From NCBI GenBank assembly GCA_050084985.1, contig JBITNC010000002.1, forward strand, positions 21,080,001 to 21,144,000: a stretch of 64,000 nucleotides of DNA, given 5' to 3'. This DNA comes from Nageia nagi (Eukaryota; Plantae; Pinophyta). The translations under genes were made by a program, and so were the position numbers. Positions 52,550 to 64,000 of the stretch are shown piece by piece. The notes under the pieces were generated by a model. The model made no database searches. It was given only the letters and a program-made list of their open reading frames with translations, and was not told the origin of the DNA. How positions within the stretch are numbered: the first letter of the stretch is position 1; the number at the start of each line of letters is the position of its first letter.

Positions 52550-53660
52550 CCAATATTTTAAGGGGTCATGTGTGAAGTGGTATACATGTTTGAAAAATGT
52601 GGAACCTTAAAGAAGAAATAGATGAAAAATATATTAAGAAGGAACATAAAGTGTTTGAAAAGTAAATTCCTATCATGTACCTCTACTTTTGTTTTTAGAA
52701 ACATTTTTGCCACCCTCATAATTAATTCCCATTAGGTTTCTTTATTCTTGCAAGTTTGATTGGATTTTATTATTTCTAATTATACATTTATTAAGTAAAG
52801 CATCATATTTTAAGGGGTTGTGTGTGAAGTGATATACATGTATGAAAAATGTGGAAGCATAAAGAAGAAGGAGATGCACAATATATTCAGAAGGAACACA
52901 ATCTACTTAATAAGCAAAGTTTCTATCATGTACCTTTACTTTTTTTTTCATATACATTTTTTTCACCCTTAGAATGAATCCCCATAGGTTCATCTTGTTC
53001 CTACAAGTTTTATTGGATTTATTATTACTAAATATGCATTTATTAAGTAAAGTATATTATTCTTGATATAACATGTGAAGATAAAAAGCACCTATGTGAT
53101 GCCACCATGGCCTTGGCATGACCACTCCTCTTCATTTCCATCTCCATGTAAAGAATCATAATCTGAATTAAGACCCTCAATAGTAGGTGCCTCCACATTT
53201 TGCTGAAACAATTTAAGAAAATTAGCAAGGCTAATTACCAAAAATTTGAGAAACCATTCTTTCACTTGTAATCCCTAGAATTACTAATATATCTTATTGC
53301 ATGATTGGACATCATGAGAATTGTTTCTTTGGAAAGTTAACATATTAATTTATTCAACAAGTGAAAAGAATCAGCACCTATGCAATGTCACCTTGGTCAT
53401 GGGTTGACAACTCCTCTTTATGACTATCTCAATATAATGAATCATTATTTACATTTTCAACCTATACAATAGTTGCATCCATATTTTGCTAAGAAAAATT
53501 TAAGAAAATTAGCAAGGCTAGATACCAAAAATTTAAAAACACTTCTTTCATTAGCAATCCCTAGAATTACTAATTTATTTAACAAGTGAAGAGAATCAAC
53601 ACCTATGTGACAACACCTTGGCCTTCATTGCCATCTCCATATAGCTCCTCATTTTAATGA
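52550..53660 (-). repeat. Tandemly repeated exon/intron-like units (~255 bp x2, then ~290 bp x2-3)
   Basis: ttaagggg..tgtgtgaagtg.tatacatgt at ~52558 and ~52810; cacctatg..ccttgg at ~53089, 53375, 53599; unit translates QNVEAPTIEGLNSDYDSLHGDGNEEEWSCQGHGGIT between AG and GT. Confidence 0.7.
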
Positions 53661-56426
53661 TAAATAACAAGAAGTTTCTATAATAAAAAATTATAAACAA
53701 AATTGATGATTGGAAATCACAAAATCCACAATCACTTGCTAACTTGATTTCTACCAAAATTGATACATGTTGTGATAATGTCCACAACATTATCAAGCTA
53801 TTTCCCCACATACTCTTCCTCATTTTTCTTATGCAACAAATGCTCAATAGGTCTACCCTATATATGGTGGGTGAATCAGTGTCCATCGTATATGAAGATA
53901 ACAAGCAAAATATGCCTACAAAATATAAATAACATATAACTCGAGTTGAAAAATTATATAAAATAATGTAATATCTTTTTTTCTTTCTCCAAATGTAGTC
54001 TTCATTGTATTTCACTATATTCAACTAAGTCATATTCAATGATCTCATCATTTGACTTCTTCTTACCCTCTTCAAAAAGGTCATTACAGTTGTTCACTTT
54101 TTTGTTCCTTAGAAGTGACCCCATAAATCTCCTTCTCTTATTATATACATGATTTTTCAATACATAATCAACATTCTTTTTTCTCTTTAGATATTGTGAT
54201 CTATCATAAGGTTGTAATGAGGGTTGAGAAGGGTTAACCTTTGTAGATGACCTTCCCCTTTTCCTTTACAGTATTGGTTCTAGTTTGCATTGACCTTTCC
54301 TATGGTTATTAATCATGTGAAGACACCAATTCTATTTATGATGATATAGTGCACAATTATAAATATCACAATAATAATATAACTTGGTTGCTACTCTATT
54401 AGCATGCCATACTCATGGCTCTACATAAGCATTCTCTTGGTTAGCTTGTAAGTTGTGAAATAAAAAAATATAATGAGTTTTTTATACATACCAATAAACT
54501 AAATTATTTATAAATTAACTAAACATTATTACTTATGAATACATATTAACACAATAGTAATAATAGAATATAGAAATACCAACCATTGCACTTGAATGGC
54601 TCCTTCCAACTACGTATTCTTCGGATTGGTTCCTTCTCCCTCTTTGTAAAGCCAAGTAACTACAAAAATTTCATTTAGATCATCTTCTTGATTTCTTAGG
54701 GTCTGAATAAATCTTCATCATAGGTTTTTATGACATATCTTTATTTAGAAAACATTTTTATAATTGAGCCTACCTTATACATTCTTTTAGCATTATTATA
54801 TCAATTTACATTATTATAGTAATTTACATTACAAGATTTATGAAAGAACTACAAAATATTAAGAAATGATTATGAATAACATGATAAACCTATGATTTCC
54901 TACTAATGTCTACTACAAATGACATGATAAGTGCAACTATAATAACTTAAGAAAATGACCAAAAATTAAAAAATTTCCAATTATGAATGTATTGCAAATT
55001 GAATTGATATCGAATAGACCAATTGGGAACAAATTTATTCCTTTTCTTTAGGATTTTGCACTATAGGTAAACTCACCAACTTTCATGGTCTTAATGGTCA
55101 TAAAGTTTCTTTGCATTTTCCTATTCAGTCTCCTCATTTGCAAATGATTATGAGGGATAATTTTAGTTTGCCTTCTCCTAGACATGGATTTCAATGCCAG
55201 ATTAATGATGCACATCTTTCTGCTTCTCATTAGATTAATAGTCCTCCATGATAGGTTAATGGTACTCTTCATCCTTTCCAAGTTAATGTTTCTCATCTTC
55301 CACCTACTCCACCTTGTCCTCCCCCTATCAATACTATGCAATTTTATCAGGCTCCTATTCAAGAAAGGATTATTGGTATAAAGGTGAGGATTACTCATAC
55401 TCTAGAGGGGGATTAGGTAATGGAAGTGGAATAATTTCATTAAGTGTAAATTTAATTTTTCATGGATTAAGACTATTGATATTTTCATCTTATTGGTTAA
55501 GTACTGGCACTTAATACGAAAGGGTATAGCATTTTGATTTCTTACTTTAAGTCTATTAAGATATATTTTAGTTTCATACTAGGATTTTGGAATGTGATGA
55601 ACATAGAAGACATATGAATGGATTTTTTGGGTACATGTCCAAGTTAAGAATGTCGCTATTATTATTCTATTTTTTCTAAGTTGTATATTTCAAGTTGATA
55701 GCTAGAAACTGGAATGATGGCTAAAACCCCAATACACCTAAAAAAACACTTACAAGGATATTGCAATTACTACTGCAAGTTCATTAAAGATTATGGTTAC
55801 AACATAGTTATCTTCAAAATTAACATGTTAAAATGTAACTCATTCACATGGATAAAAATAATAGAGTGAATGTTTGATAAGTTAAAACTAATAGTATATA
55901 CCACACTAGTAGTTATAATGTATGAATTCACTAAAATATTTGTTATTGAGAGTGATACATGCAAGATTGACATTGACATTGTGCTCATACAAGAAGGATA
56001 TCCACTCACCTTTAAAAGTAAGATTTTGATTAATAAGAATCATACCAAGTCCACATATGAAAATGAAATGCTAGTAATTATTATATAAGTAATCACTCAT
56101 TGATGATCATATATCATGGGAAGGTATTTCTAAATTATAATAAATTATCTTAGCTTAAAGTACTTTTTTGTATAGCAAAGTCTCATCAATAAAATAACAA
56201 ATAGTGACTTACCAATATCATTTGCTATGATTATGAGATCACTTACTAAAAGTAAGGAAAATATGATACCAAATACCTTCTCTATTCTAGTTGAAGAAAT
56301 CAATACACTTTTTGCTTTATTATTTGCTAGAGCATATTGAGTAAAGAATATTTAGATGGATCTTATAATTGATTCAAAATTACATCTCAATTACTCTTGG
56401 GAGGATGAACTACTATGCTACAAAGG

Positions 56427-56940
56427 TGAGAGAAATAATGGAGCTTACTGTCCATGGTTTATTGATGTTAATATATAGCCTTGGGTTCTCAACAACAGAA
56501 TCAATAAGGTTTACAAACTTACAAATAAGAAGTTAGAGAATTTACTATTCTCAGCAACACTACAAACCATAGCCATCTTAGTCCAGGAGAAGTAGCTAAA
56601 CATGTGATAACAATACTCCAAACATAGCTTAAAACATGCCTAATACGATACCAAACAAACCCCTAAAGTAGGAAGACAAAACAATCAATAACAAGAAAGT
56701 TGTTGCAAAAAACAAACTCATTCTGCCCGCACACTATCATTTTCTCTACACAGCGATCATCAGTGATCTTATAGGATCGGCAATGATCGGAAGCAATCGG
56801 TGGCAATGATGATCGGCGGCAATCGATGGCGATCAGCAGCAATCGGTGGCGATCGGCGGTGATCGGTGGCGATCTCTATCATAGGTGGATTTATTCCAAA
56901 ACATTGCAAAAACACATATTATGGAGTCAAAACTCCAACA
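56427..56940 (-). repeat. 3' LTR (514 bp)
   Basis: About 21 substitutions versus the 5' LTR over the first ~375 bp by manual count; contains a GGCGATCGGT-type 10-bp array. Confidence 0.96.
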
Positions 56941-56942
56941 TG

Positions 56943-56951
56943 CTCCCCCTT
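56943..56951 (-). other. Polypurine tract AAGGGGGAG
   Basis: Two nucleotides inside the 3' LTR boundary. Confidence 0.9.
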
Positions 56952-57066
56952 GATGCTGAGGGGACTAACTAGCAAGTCTCTTAGTATCATAAATAGAGTT
57001 TTCTTTATTCCTTTGGTAAATAAATCCGCTATATTCTCCTTGGTGTTGATGTGTTCCAAATCAACA

Positions 57067-57184
57067 ATCTTCTTCTCCACCATGTCTCTAATGAAATGGT
57101 ATTTCATATCAAAATGTTTGGACCTATCTTCTTCTCCACCATGTCTCTAATGAAATGGTATTTCATATCAAAATGTTTGGACCT
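57067..57184. repeat. Perfect 59-bp tandem duplication in RNase H
   Basis: 57067-57125 is identical to 57126-57184. Confidence 0.95.
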
Positions 57185-60100
57185 GCTATGATGTACTAGA
57201 TTATTTGCAAGTTGAATTGCACTAGCATTATCACAAAACAACTTAGTAGCATCTCTTTGTTGCTCACCAAGTTCTTCAAGAATCTTTCTCAACCACAATG
57301 CTTGGGTTCTTGCACTTGTGATTGCAATGTATTCTACCTCTGTAGAAGATAGTGCAACAATTATTTACTTCTTAGAACTCCATGTGATTAGTCCTGATCC
57401 AATGTTGAAGCAATTTCTAGAAGTAGACTTTCTATCATCAATATTGCTTCCCCAATCTGAATCACTATAGCCAACAAGTTTCACCTTGCTTTCTTTGTAG
57501 TAATGGATGCCAAAACTAATGGTGCCTTTGATGTACCTCATGATCCTCTTGGTAGCCTTCATGTGAGTCTCAGTAGGTTCACTCATGTACCTAGAAACAA
57601 AAGAAATAGCACATGCAATATCTGGACAAGTATTAGTGAGAAACATAAGACTCCCAACCATACTTCTATATGTGGTGACATCTACCCTTTCACTACCATC
57701 TTCCTTACTCAATAACTCCCCATGAACAATTGGAGTAGGAACTGGTTTACAATTTTCCATGCCATATTTGGACAACATATCTTTGGCATATTTGGTTTGA
57801 CAAATAAAAATTTCACTATCATTTTTATACACTTCCATACCTAGGAAATAATGCATGAGACCTAGTTCTTTCATATCAAACTCTTTCATCATAGACTCTT
57901 TAAACTCTTCATTCATCCTATCATTGCTTCCCATGTAAATCAAATCATCTACATACAAGCATACAATCATAATATCATTACATTTTTTTAAATAATAGAG
58001 AGTAGGCTCACTCTTTCTTTTCACAAGACCATATTGATGAAAGTATCCATCAATCCTTGAGTACCAAGCTCTAGGAGCTTGTTTGAGGCCATACAAGGCC
58101 TTCTTCAATTTGTAGACCATGTCCTCTTTGCTTTTGATCTCAAATCCTTGAGGTTGTTGTACATACACCTCTTCTTGTATGTATCCATTCAATAATGCAC
58201 TCTTCACATCAAGGTGATGCACTCTCCATCCTTTTTGGGCAGCCAAGGATAGAACCAATCTAATTGTCTCTTGCCTTGCAACGGGTGCAAAAGTCTCCTC
58301 ATAATCAATGCTATACTTTTGAGTGAAACCTTTTTCCACTAGTCTTGCTTTGTGTTTTTGAATAGTTCCATTTGCATTATACTTTGTCTTGTAGACCCAC
58401 TTGGAGCCTACTACCTTCTTTCCTTGTGGAAGCTCAACTAGCTCCCAAGTATCATTTTTCTTGATGGAGTCCATCTCCTCTTTCATTGCTTTTATCCACA
58501 AATCATTAGTACATGCAATTTCATAACAAGAAGGTTCAACATTAATTATACTCATCAAAGCATAATTTACCACATCACCTTTTGATTCACCATCATTGCT
58601 ATCTCCATACAAGTGCATATTTTGAAGATTATTAACAACACTTTCCATTTCTTTAGCTTGTGCTCTTGTTATTCTTCTACCAAAGTTTTGATCAAGCATT
58701 TGTGATGATGGATGATCAATCAAAATTGCTTATATTTCTTTAAATTTAATTTTTCTTCCTCCAAAGAACCATCACTTGAGGATTTTGAACTTGGTGAAGA
58801 ACATGGGCTACAATTGGAAGAACTTACTTGATTGCCATCTTGAGGTATCTTTGCTTGCTTGAGCTGAATCTTTGCTTGCACATTTGGAGAGCCACTATTA
58901 TTGGAATCACCATCCAAATCATATTTTTGATGACCCCATTCTCCCCCTTCATCAAAAATCACATCTCTAGATACAATAAGCTTTTTAGTTTTTGGATTGT
59001 ACAATCTCCATGCTTTGGTATTTTCACAATACCCAATAAAGATACATGGTTCACTTTTTTCATCAAGCTTTTTCCTATTTTCTTTTGGAACATGAGCATA
59101 GGCTAAACAACCAAAAACTTTCAAATGTGCAACAGTTGGCTTTTTGCCATACCAAGCTTCATATGGTGTCACCCCATCCAAACTAGAGGTAGAACATCTA
59201 TTCAAGAGATACATGGCTATCCTAATTGCCTCCCCCCAATACATTTTTAACAAATTCTTAGTTTGGAGCATACTTCTAGCCATATTATTCAAGGTTATAT
59301 TCTTTCTTTCAGCCACTCCATTTTGTTTTGGTGTGTATGCACTTGTTAATTGCCTTTTAATTCCACAATTATTACAAAAATTGAAGAATTTATTGGAAAA
59401 AAATTCACCTCCTCTATCACTTCTTAAACACTTGATTGCATACCCACTTTAATTTTCCACTTTTATTTTTAATTCTTTGAATTTATCAAATGTCTCATCT
59501 TTAGTTTTCAAGAGGTACACCCAACACATTCTTGAAAAATCATCAATGAAAGTGAGGAAGTAGTAGTTCTTACCAAGACTTTGAGTTTGCATAGGTCCAC
59601 ACAAATCACTATGCACCAATTGTAGGGGATAGGAAGCCCTCCATGCTTGATCTTTTGTAAATCTTTCTCTTGAATGCTTTCCCAATACACATCCTTCACA
59701 AATCTTCTTTGGATCATCTACTTTTGGAAGCCCATAAACCATCTCTTGAGAAGCCAATGTCTTCAAACTTGAGAAATTTAAATGCCCATATCTCAAGTGC
59801 CACAACCAATTTTTATTATCAATAGCCACATGTGCAAAATTGGTACCTTGCTCTCCAAATTTGAGAGGGAACAATCTATTTTTGGTCATTGGAATAGTAG
59901 TAATAAGCCTATTCCCACTATCAAAAATCTTGCAAGCATTCTTTGCAAATAAAAGACTATAATTGTGCTCCATCATTTGACCAACACTCAAGATATTATG
60001 CTTCAAATTGGGAATATGATAAACATCCTTTACCTTCTTAATACCTTATTTGGTGTGCACATCCATAGCTCCAATGCCTTCAACATGCAAGGCTTTATCA

Positions 60101-61233
60101 TCTCCAAGAGTGATCTTGGTCTTATATGAGTTATTGATTAAAGAAAATAATTCTCCATTACCAGTCATATGATTGCTACAACCAGTATCAAGAAGCCATG
60201 TTTGTCCCATGCTTTGATAAGATTTTCCATATGACAAGAAGAGTGAAGAAGTCTCTCCTTCCTCTCCATAGTTTGCACTCTCCTTTGCTTCATTTGCAGC
60301 CTTTGTTCTACACTCTTTCTCAAAGTGTCCATATTTATGGCAATAGTAACATTGCTTGTTACTTTTATCACCTCTTCCACTTCCTCTACCTTGAGGACCT
60401 TTTCTTCCTCTTCCTCTTCCTCTAAAGGGAGATCTTCCTCTACCTCTTCCATGGCCTTTGGCTTGGCCACTAGTTTCACCCTCTTTGGATGAAAATGCTT
60501 TTTCTTCCATTCCTCCAAGATGTGGAGTTGAAGAAAACCTTTCCTCATGAGACATTAATGATCTTATGAGCTGATCATAGGTGAGAGTAGATAGATCCTT
60601 ACTCTCCTCAATAACAATGGAGACTTGGGTCCACTTGGGCAAAAGTGTTCTCAACACCTTTTTGACAATCACCTCATTCTCTACTTCTTCTCCTAGGGCT
60701 CTCATTTTGTCTACACAAATCTTGGCTCTCAAACAATAGTCTCAAACCTTCTCATCTTCTCTCATCTTGAGATTTTGCAACCTCACTTGCTTGACTTGTT
60801 TGCTACCTTCATAGCTCTCCTTCAAGACTTTCCAAGCTTCTTGGGCTGAAGTGCAACTTGTGATTCTTGGATAAATGGATTCATCTAAGGTAGCTTGAAT
60901 GAAGTACATTGCCATGCTATTCTACTTTGGTGCCTCCTTCAAGGTTTGCTTTTGGGTAACTGGAACTAGACTCCAATCAATAGGTTCAACATAGCCTTCT
61001 TCTATGATATCCCAATAGCCTTTACGAATGAGCAAATGCCTCATTTTGGTAGACCAATAATCATAGTTCTCTCCTTTGAATTCTAGAATTGGAACATTCC
61101 CATTTGAATTTGCCATTGCTACAATCATAATTGATAATCTTCTTCCAAGAGTTGTTGGATCCTCCTCAAATGAAGCTTTCAAAAATTCATAAAATTCACC
61201 TCACTCACTACTCAATCCCAATAGATTGAACTA

Positions 61234-61245
61234 GCTCTGATACCA
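61234..61245 (-). other. Primer-binding site TGGTATCAGAGC (initiator tRNA-Met)
   Basis: Three nucleotides from the 5' LTR. Confidence 0.95.
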
Positions 61246-61248
61246 CAA

Positions 61249-61755
61249 TGAGAGAAATAATGGAGCTTACTATCCATGGTTTATTGATGTCAATATATAG
61301 CCTTGGGTTCTCAACAATGGAATCCACAAGGTTTACAAACTTACAAATAAGAAGTTAGAGAATTTACTATTCTTAGCAACACTACAAAGCATAGCCATCT
61401 CAGTCCAGGAGAAGTAGCTAAACATGTGATAACAATACTCTAAACATAGCTTAAAACATGCCTAATACGATAATAAACAAACCCCTAAAGTAGGAAGACA
61501 AAACAATCAATAACAAGAAAGTTGTTACAAAAACAAACTCATTCTGCCCGCACACTGACGTTTTCTCTACACAGCGATCGTTAGCGATCTTATAGGATCG
61601 ACAACGATCGGAAGCAATCGGTGGCGATCAATGGCAATCGGTGGTGATTGACAGTAATCGGTGGCGATCGGCGGCGATCGGTGGCAATCTCTGTCATAGG
61701 TGAATTTATTCCAAAACATTGCAAAAACACATATTATGGAGTCAAAACTCCAACA
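61249..61755 (-). repeat. 5' LTR (507 bp)
   Basis: Pairs with 56427-56940. Confidence 0.96.
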
Positions 61756-63214
61756 AAAGGATTATTAGTAATCCCTACCAAATTGATCATTAACACAAGA
61801 TTACTTCATGAGTTACATTCCACTCCAAAGGAATACTTAAGCTTCCTACATACCTATCAAAGATAAAATAGAACTTATTCTAGAAAGGAATAAGAATAGC
61901 TATCAAGGATTTTATGGATTCTTATGACATCTACCAATGGTAGAAAGAGAAAATAATGTAAGTATTTAGATATTCTCTAACCACTCCCTATTCCTTGATA
62001 ACTTGATTTGAAATCTTAATGGATTTGATTAAAGAATTGGTAGAAAAGCTATCATGTTTTATAGTAGTGGATAGGTTTACCAAGCATGTTCACTTTATAC
62101 CATAGAGAATCCTACACAACATTCAAGGTTGTTCAAAATTTCATGAATCAAATATTTTGACTTTATTAGATGCCATACTTGATTATTAATGATCATGATC
62201 ACACCTTCACCAATAATTAGAGGTGCTTCACCTTCATTCATCATCATGATGGTATAGATCCCCATCCTTTTCTAATGAATCAAGAGTTTTAGGGTTGTTT
62301 AATATCATTAGGGTTAGGGTTTTTGAGATATGGGGATCTCTCAACATTTGTCCTTATTCTCTTTTTATATATTTTTTGCTTTTCTCAGCCAAAATGCTAT
62401 CAGTATATTTATAAATCTCTAGTGTGTAATGAACTATCCCATAAGGTGATATATTTTTCACAGGTACTATTGATGAGAATTCTCTCATAGTAGAGAACCA
62501 CCCTCACTTACCAAATAGAAGGTAGAGCATATAATAATAAAACAAATTTTGTATGTGCAATCCTTTTATCAAGTAATAATGGTATAATTTATTTTGTAGG
62601 TGCAAGATTTCTTTTCCATCATCAAAACCCCAAAACCAAGGCTAGAGGGGTTTTGTGAAAATTAAGGTGCTAGTTTTGGTCCTATTAGATATTTTCCATA
62701 AATAAAATCAAGTTTGGGGTTTCAAAATTATAGGTTTTATGCTAGAGTTTTGGGGGGATAAATAAAATGATATGCATAGTAACAACATTTAACAAAATAC
62801 TATAAATTATTCTCTAGATTTGAGTAATGGAATTATTTAGTGATAGAAGAGAAACTTCTGATCTATAAAATGCGATGAATAATTTTATGGAATGCAAATA
62901 TTGACTGGTCTACTTAGTTGTTTGCACTCTTGTGCTCTCAGGTGCTCTCTCCCTCTCTCATGCTCTACAATCCAATGGTCATATATTAAAATGAAATAAA
63001 TGATATCTTTTTTAATTATGTTTAGTAGTAAATGCTAAGCATTTACAACAATAATTACATGTGGAGTAGGGTAAAAGTGGTAAATGCCTAACATTTACTA
63101 CGTAGTAAATGCTTAGTGATAAAGAAATTTTTATAAACTCTTGGAGATTATTGCAAAGTAATAATGAATGCACACATGTGGGACCTAGGTGAAAGAAAGG
63201 AAAATTAGTAACCA

Positions 63215-63845
63215 TCAAGTGTTTACTACATAGTAAACGTTAGGCGATAAAGAAGTTGCAATAAACTCCATGCAATTACTACAAAGTAAAAAATAATGTG
63301 CACATGTGGGACCTAATGGAAATAGTGATAAACTCTTGGCATGTAAAAGAAAACTAATTACACAAGTGCAAAATGTTTGAAATCTCAATGGGAGAGAGAA
63401 GATGTGGTAAACATCAGGCATTTAATACTCAATAAATGCCATGCAATAGAGAAAATGTAGCAAATGCCTAGCATGTAATGATTGAAATCAAATGTGCATG
63501 TGCTATATTCAAAATCTAGGTGAGAGAGAGATGATGTGGTAAATGGTAGGTGTTTAAATCATAGATATACCTAGCATTTACAACTATAATAAAATGAAGA
63601 AGTCAAGTGTGCGGGTAACAAGGCCTATGGTAAAATCTAGGCATTTATAGCATAGAATATGCTTGGTATTTACAATGAGTAATAACACACTAGGAATTTA
63701 CTACTATAAATAATGCTTGGCATTTACAAACCCCATCAAAGACAAAAAATGGTGGACCCTACCGTCAGGCTGCATGCAAAGGTCCTTTTTCTTGATGATG
63801 TTAGAGGTATCGAGGGGTTAATTTTATGGTAGTATAGAAAACTCC
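63215..63845 (-). repeat. Right TIR of the giant MULE
   Basis: Reverse complement of 44424-45050. Confidence 0.9.
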
Positions 63846-64000
63846 CCTTGCACCTCATGGAAAGTCTTATGGACCTAGCACCAAAGGCACCCCTTCTCCT
63901 AAGCCTCATGTCAAATTGATCAACGTTGTGGAACTTCCCTTAAAGAGATCCTTCGCACCACCACTAAGTTGACATGGAGACCTACCAACATGGATAAACA

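Larger units (their letters stand above)
56919..61116 (-). pseudogene. Copia gag-pol polyprotein, disrupted
   Basis: CYYCHKYGHFEKEC, WLLDTGCSNHM, LVHSDLCGP, YVDDL, YSDSDW; five in-frame stops, a frameshift near 58720-58750 and a 59-bp duplication. Confidence 0.95.
56427..61755 (-). mobile_element. Structurally complete Ty1/copia LTR retrotransposon, 5329 bp (Ivana/Ale-like by size and gag motif, inferred)
   Basis: TG...CA LTRs at 56427-56940 and 61249-61755; 5-bp TSD AAAGG; PBS and PPT present; gag-PR-INT-RT-RH order. Confidence 0.97.
55750..62240 (+). mobile_element. Ty3/gypsy pol remnant (RNase H to integrase) split by the copia insertion
   Basis: FVIESDTCKIDIDIVLIQEGYPLTFKSK..STYENEMLVI; the frame SWEDELLCYKG|LLVIP..LLHELHSTP is restored on removing the copia; VVDRFTKHVHFI at ~62065. 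Confidence 0.85.
44424..63845. mobile_element. Giant Mutator-like element (19,422 bp including nested insertions) with long TIRs
   Basis: 44424-~45050 is the reverse complement of ~63215-63845, both termini GGAGTT; flanks cctttcactt (44414-44423) and ccttgcacct (63846-63855) give an 8/10 10-bp TSD. Confidence 0.88.

Noticed and set aside
55048-55398. 116-aa basic ORF, and the idea of a ciliate-type code (TAA/TAG=Gln) for the overlapping frame
   Set aside because: The ORF is a shifted frame of a decayed acidic exon; EXLA terminates at TAA, so the standard code applies
57503-60548. Antisense and alternate-frame ORFs over copia pol (also 23161, 26713)
   Set aside because: Shadow ORFs of retrotransposon coding sequence

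Overview
AT-rich, CpG-depleted plant nuclear DNA. It is probably from a large gymnosperm/conifer-type genome, which is an inference from composition and TE content. The only intact host gene I can support is a 5-exon expansin-like A gene (EXLA, 19682-20870, minus strand, 280 aa). A ~12-15 kb tandem segmental duplication (7597-22340 vs 25395-37578) carries a second, frameshifted EXLA copy (34941-36150). Most other recognisable sequence is nested transposons. (i) An old Ty1/copia is split by a CACTA element with a perfect ATT target-site duplication (1635-7476). (ii) A ~5 kb TIR-bounded Mutator-like element (13067-18079) has a decayed gene resembling the At4g13970/At1g60560 SWIM family. (iii) Several Tat/Ogre gypsy fragments are present. 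(iv) A 19.4 kb Mutator-like element (44424-63845) has ~630 bp TIRs and an 8/10-matching 10-bp TSD. It contains PPR gene fragments, a decayed multi-exon gene ending in an At3g11760-like putative cysteine-peptidase domain, a gypsy pol remnant and a structurally complete copia element (56427-61755, AAAGG TSD). Family assignments come from manual translation and remembered motifs; no database searches were run.
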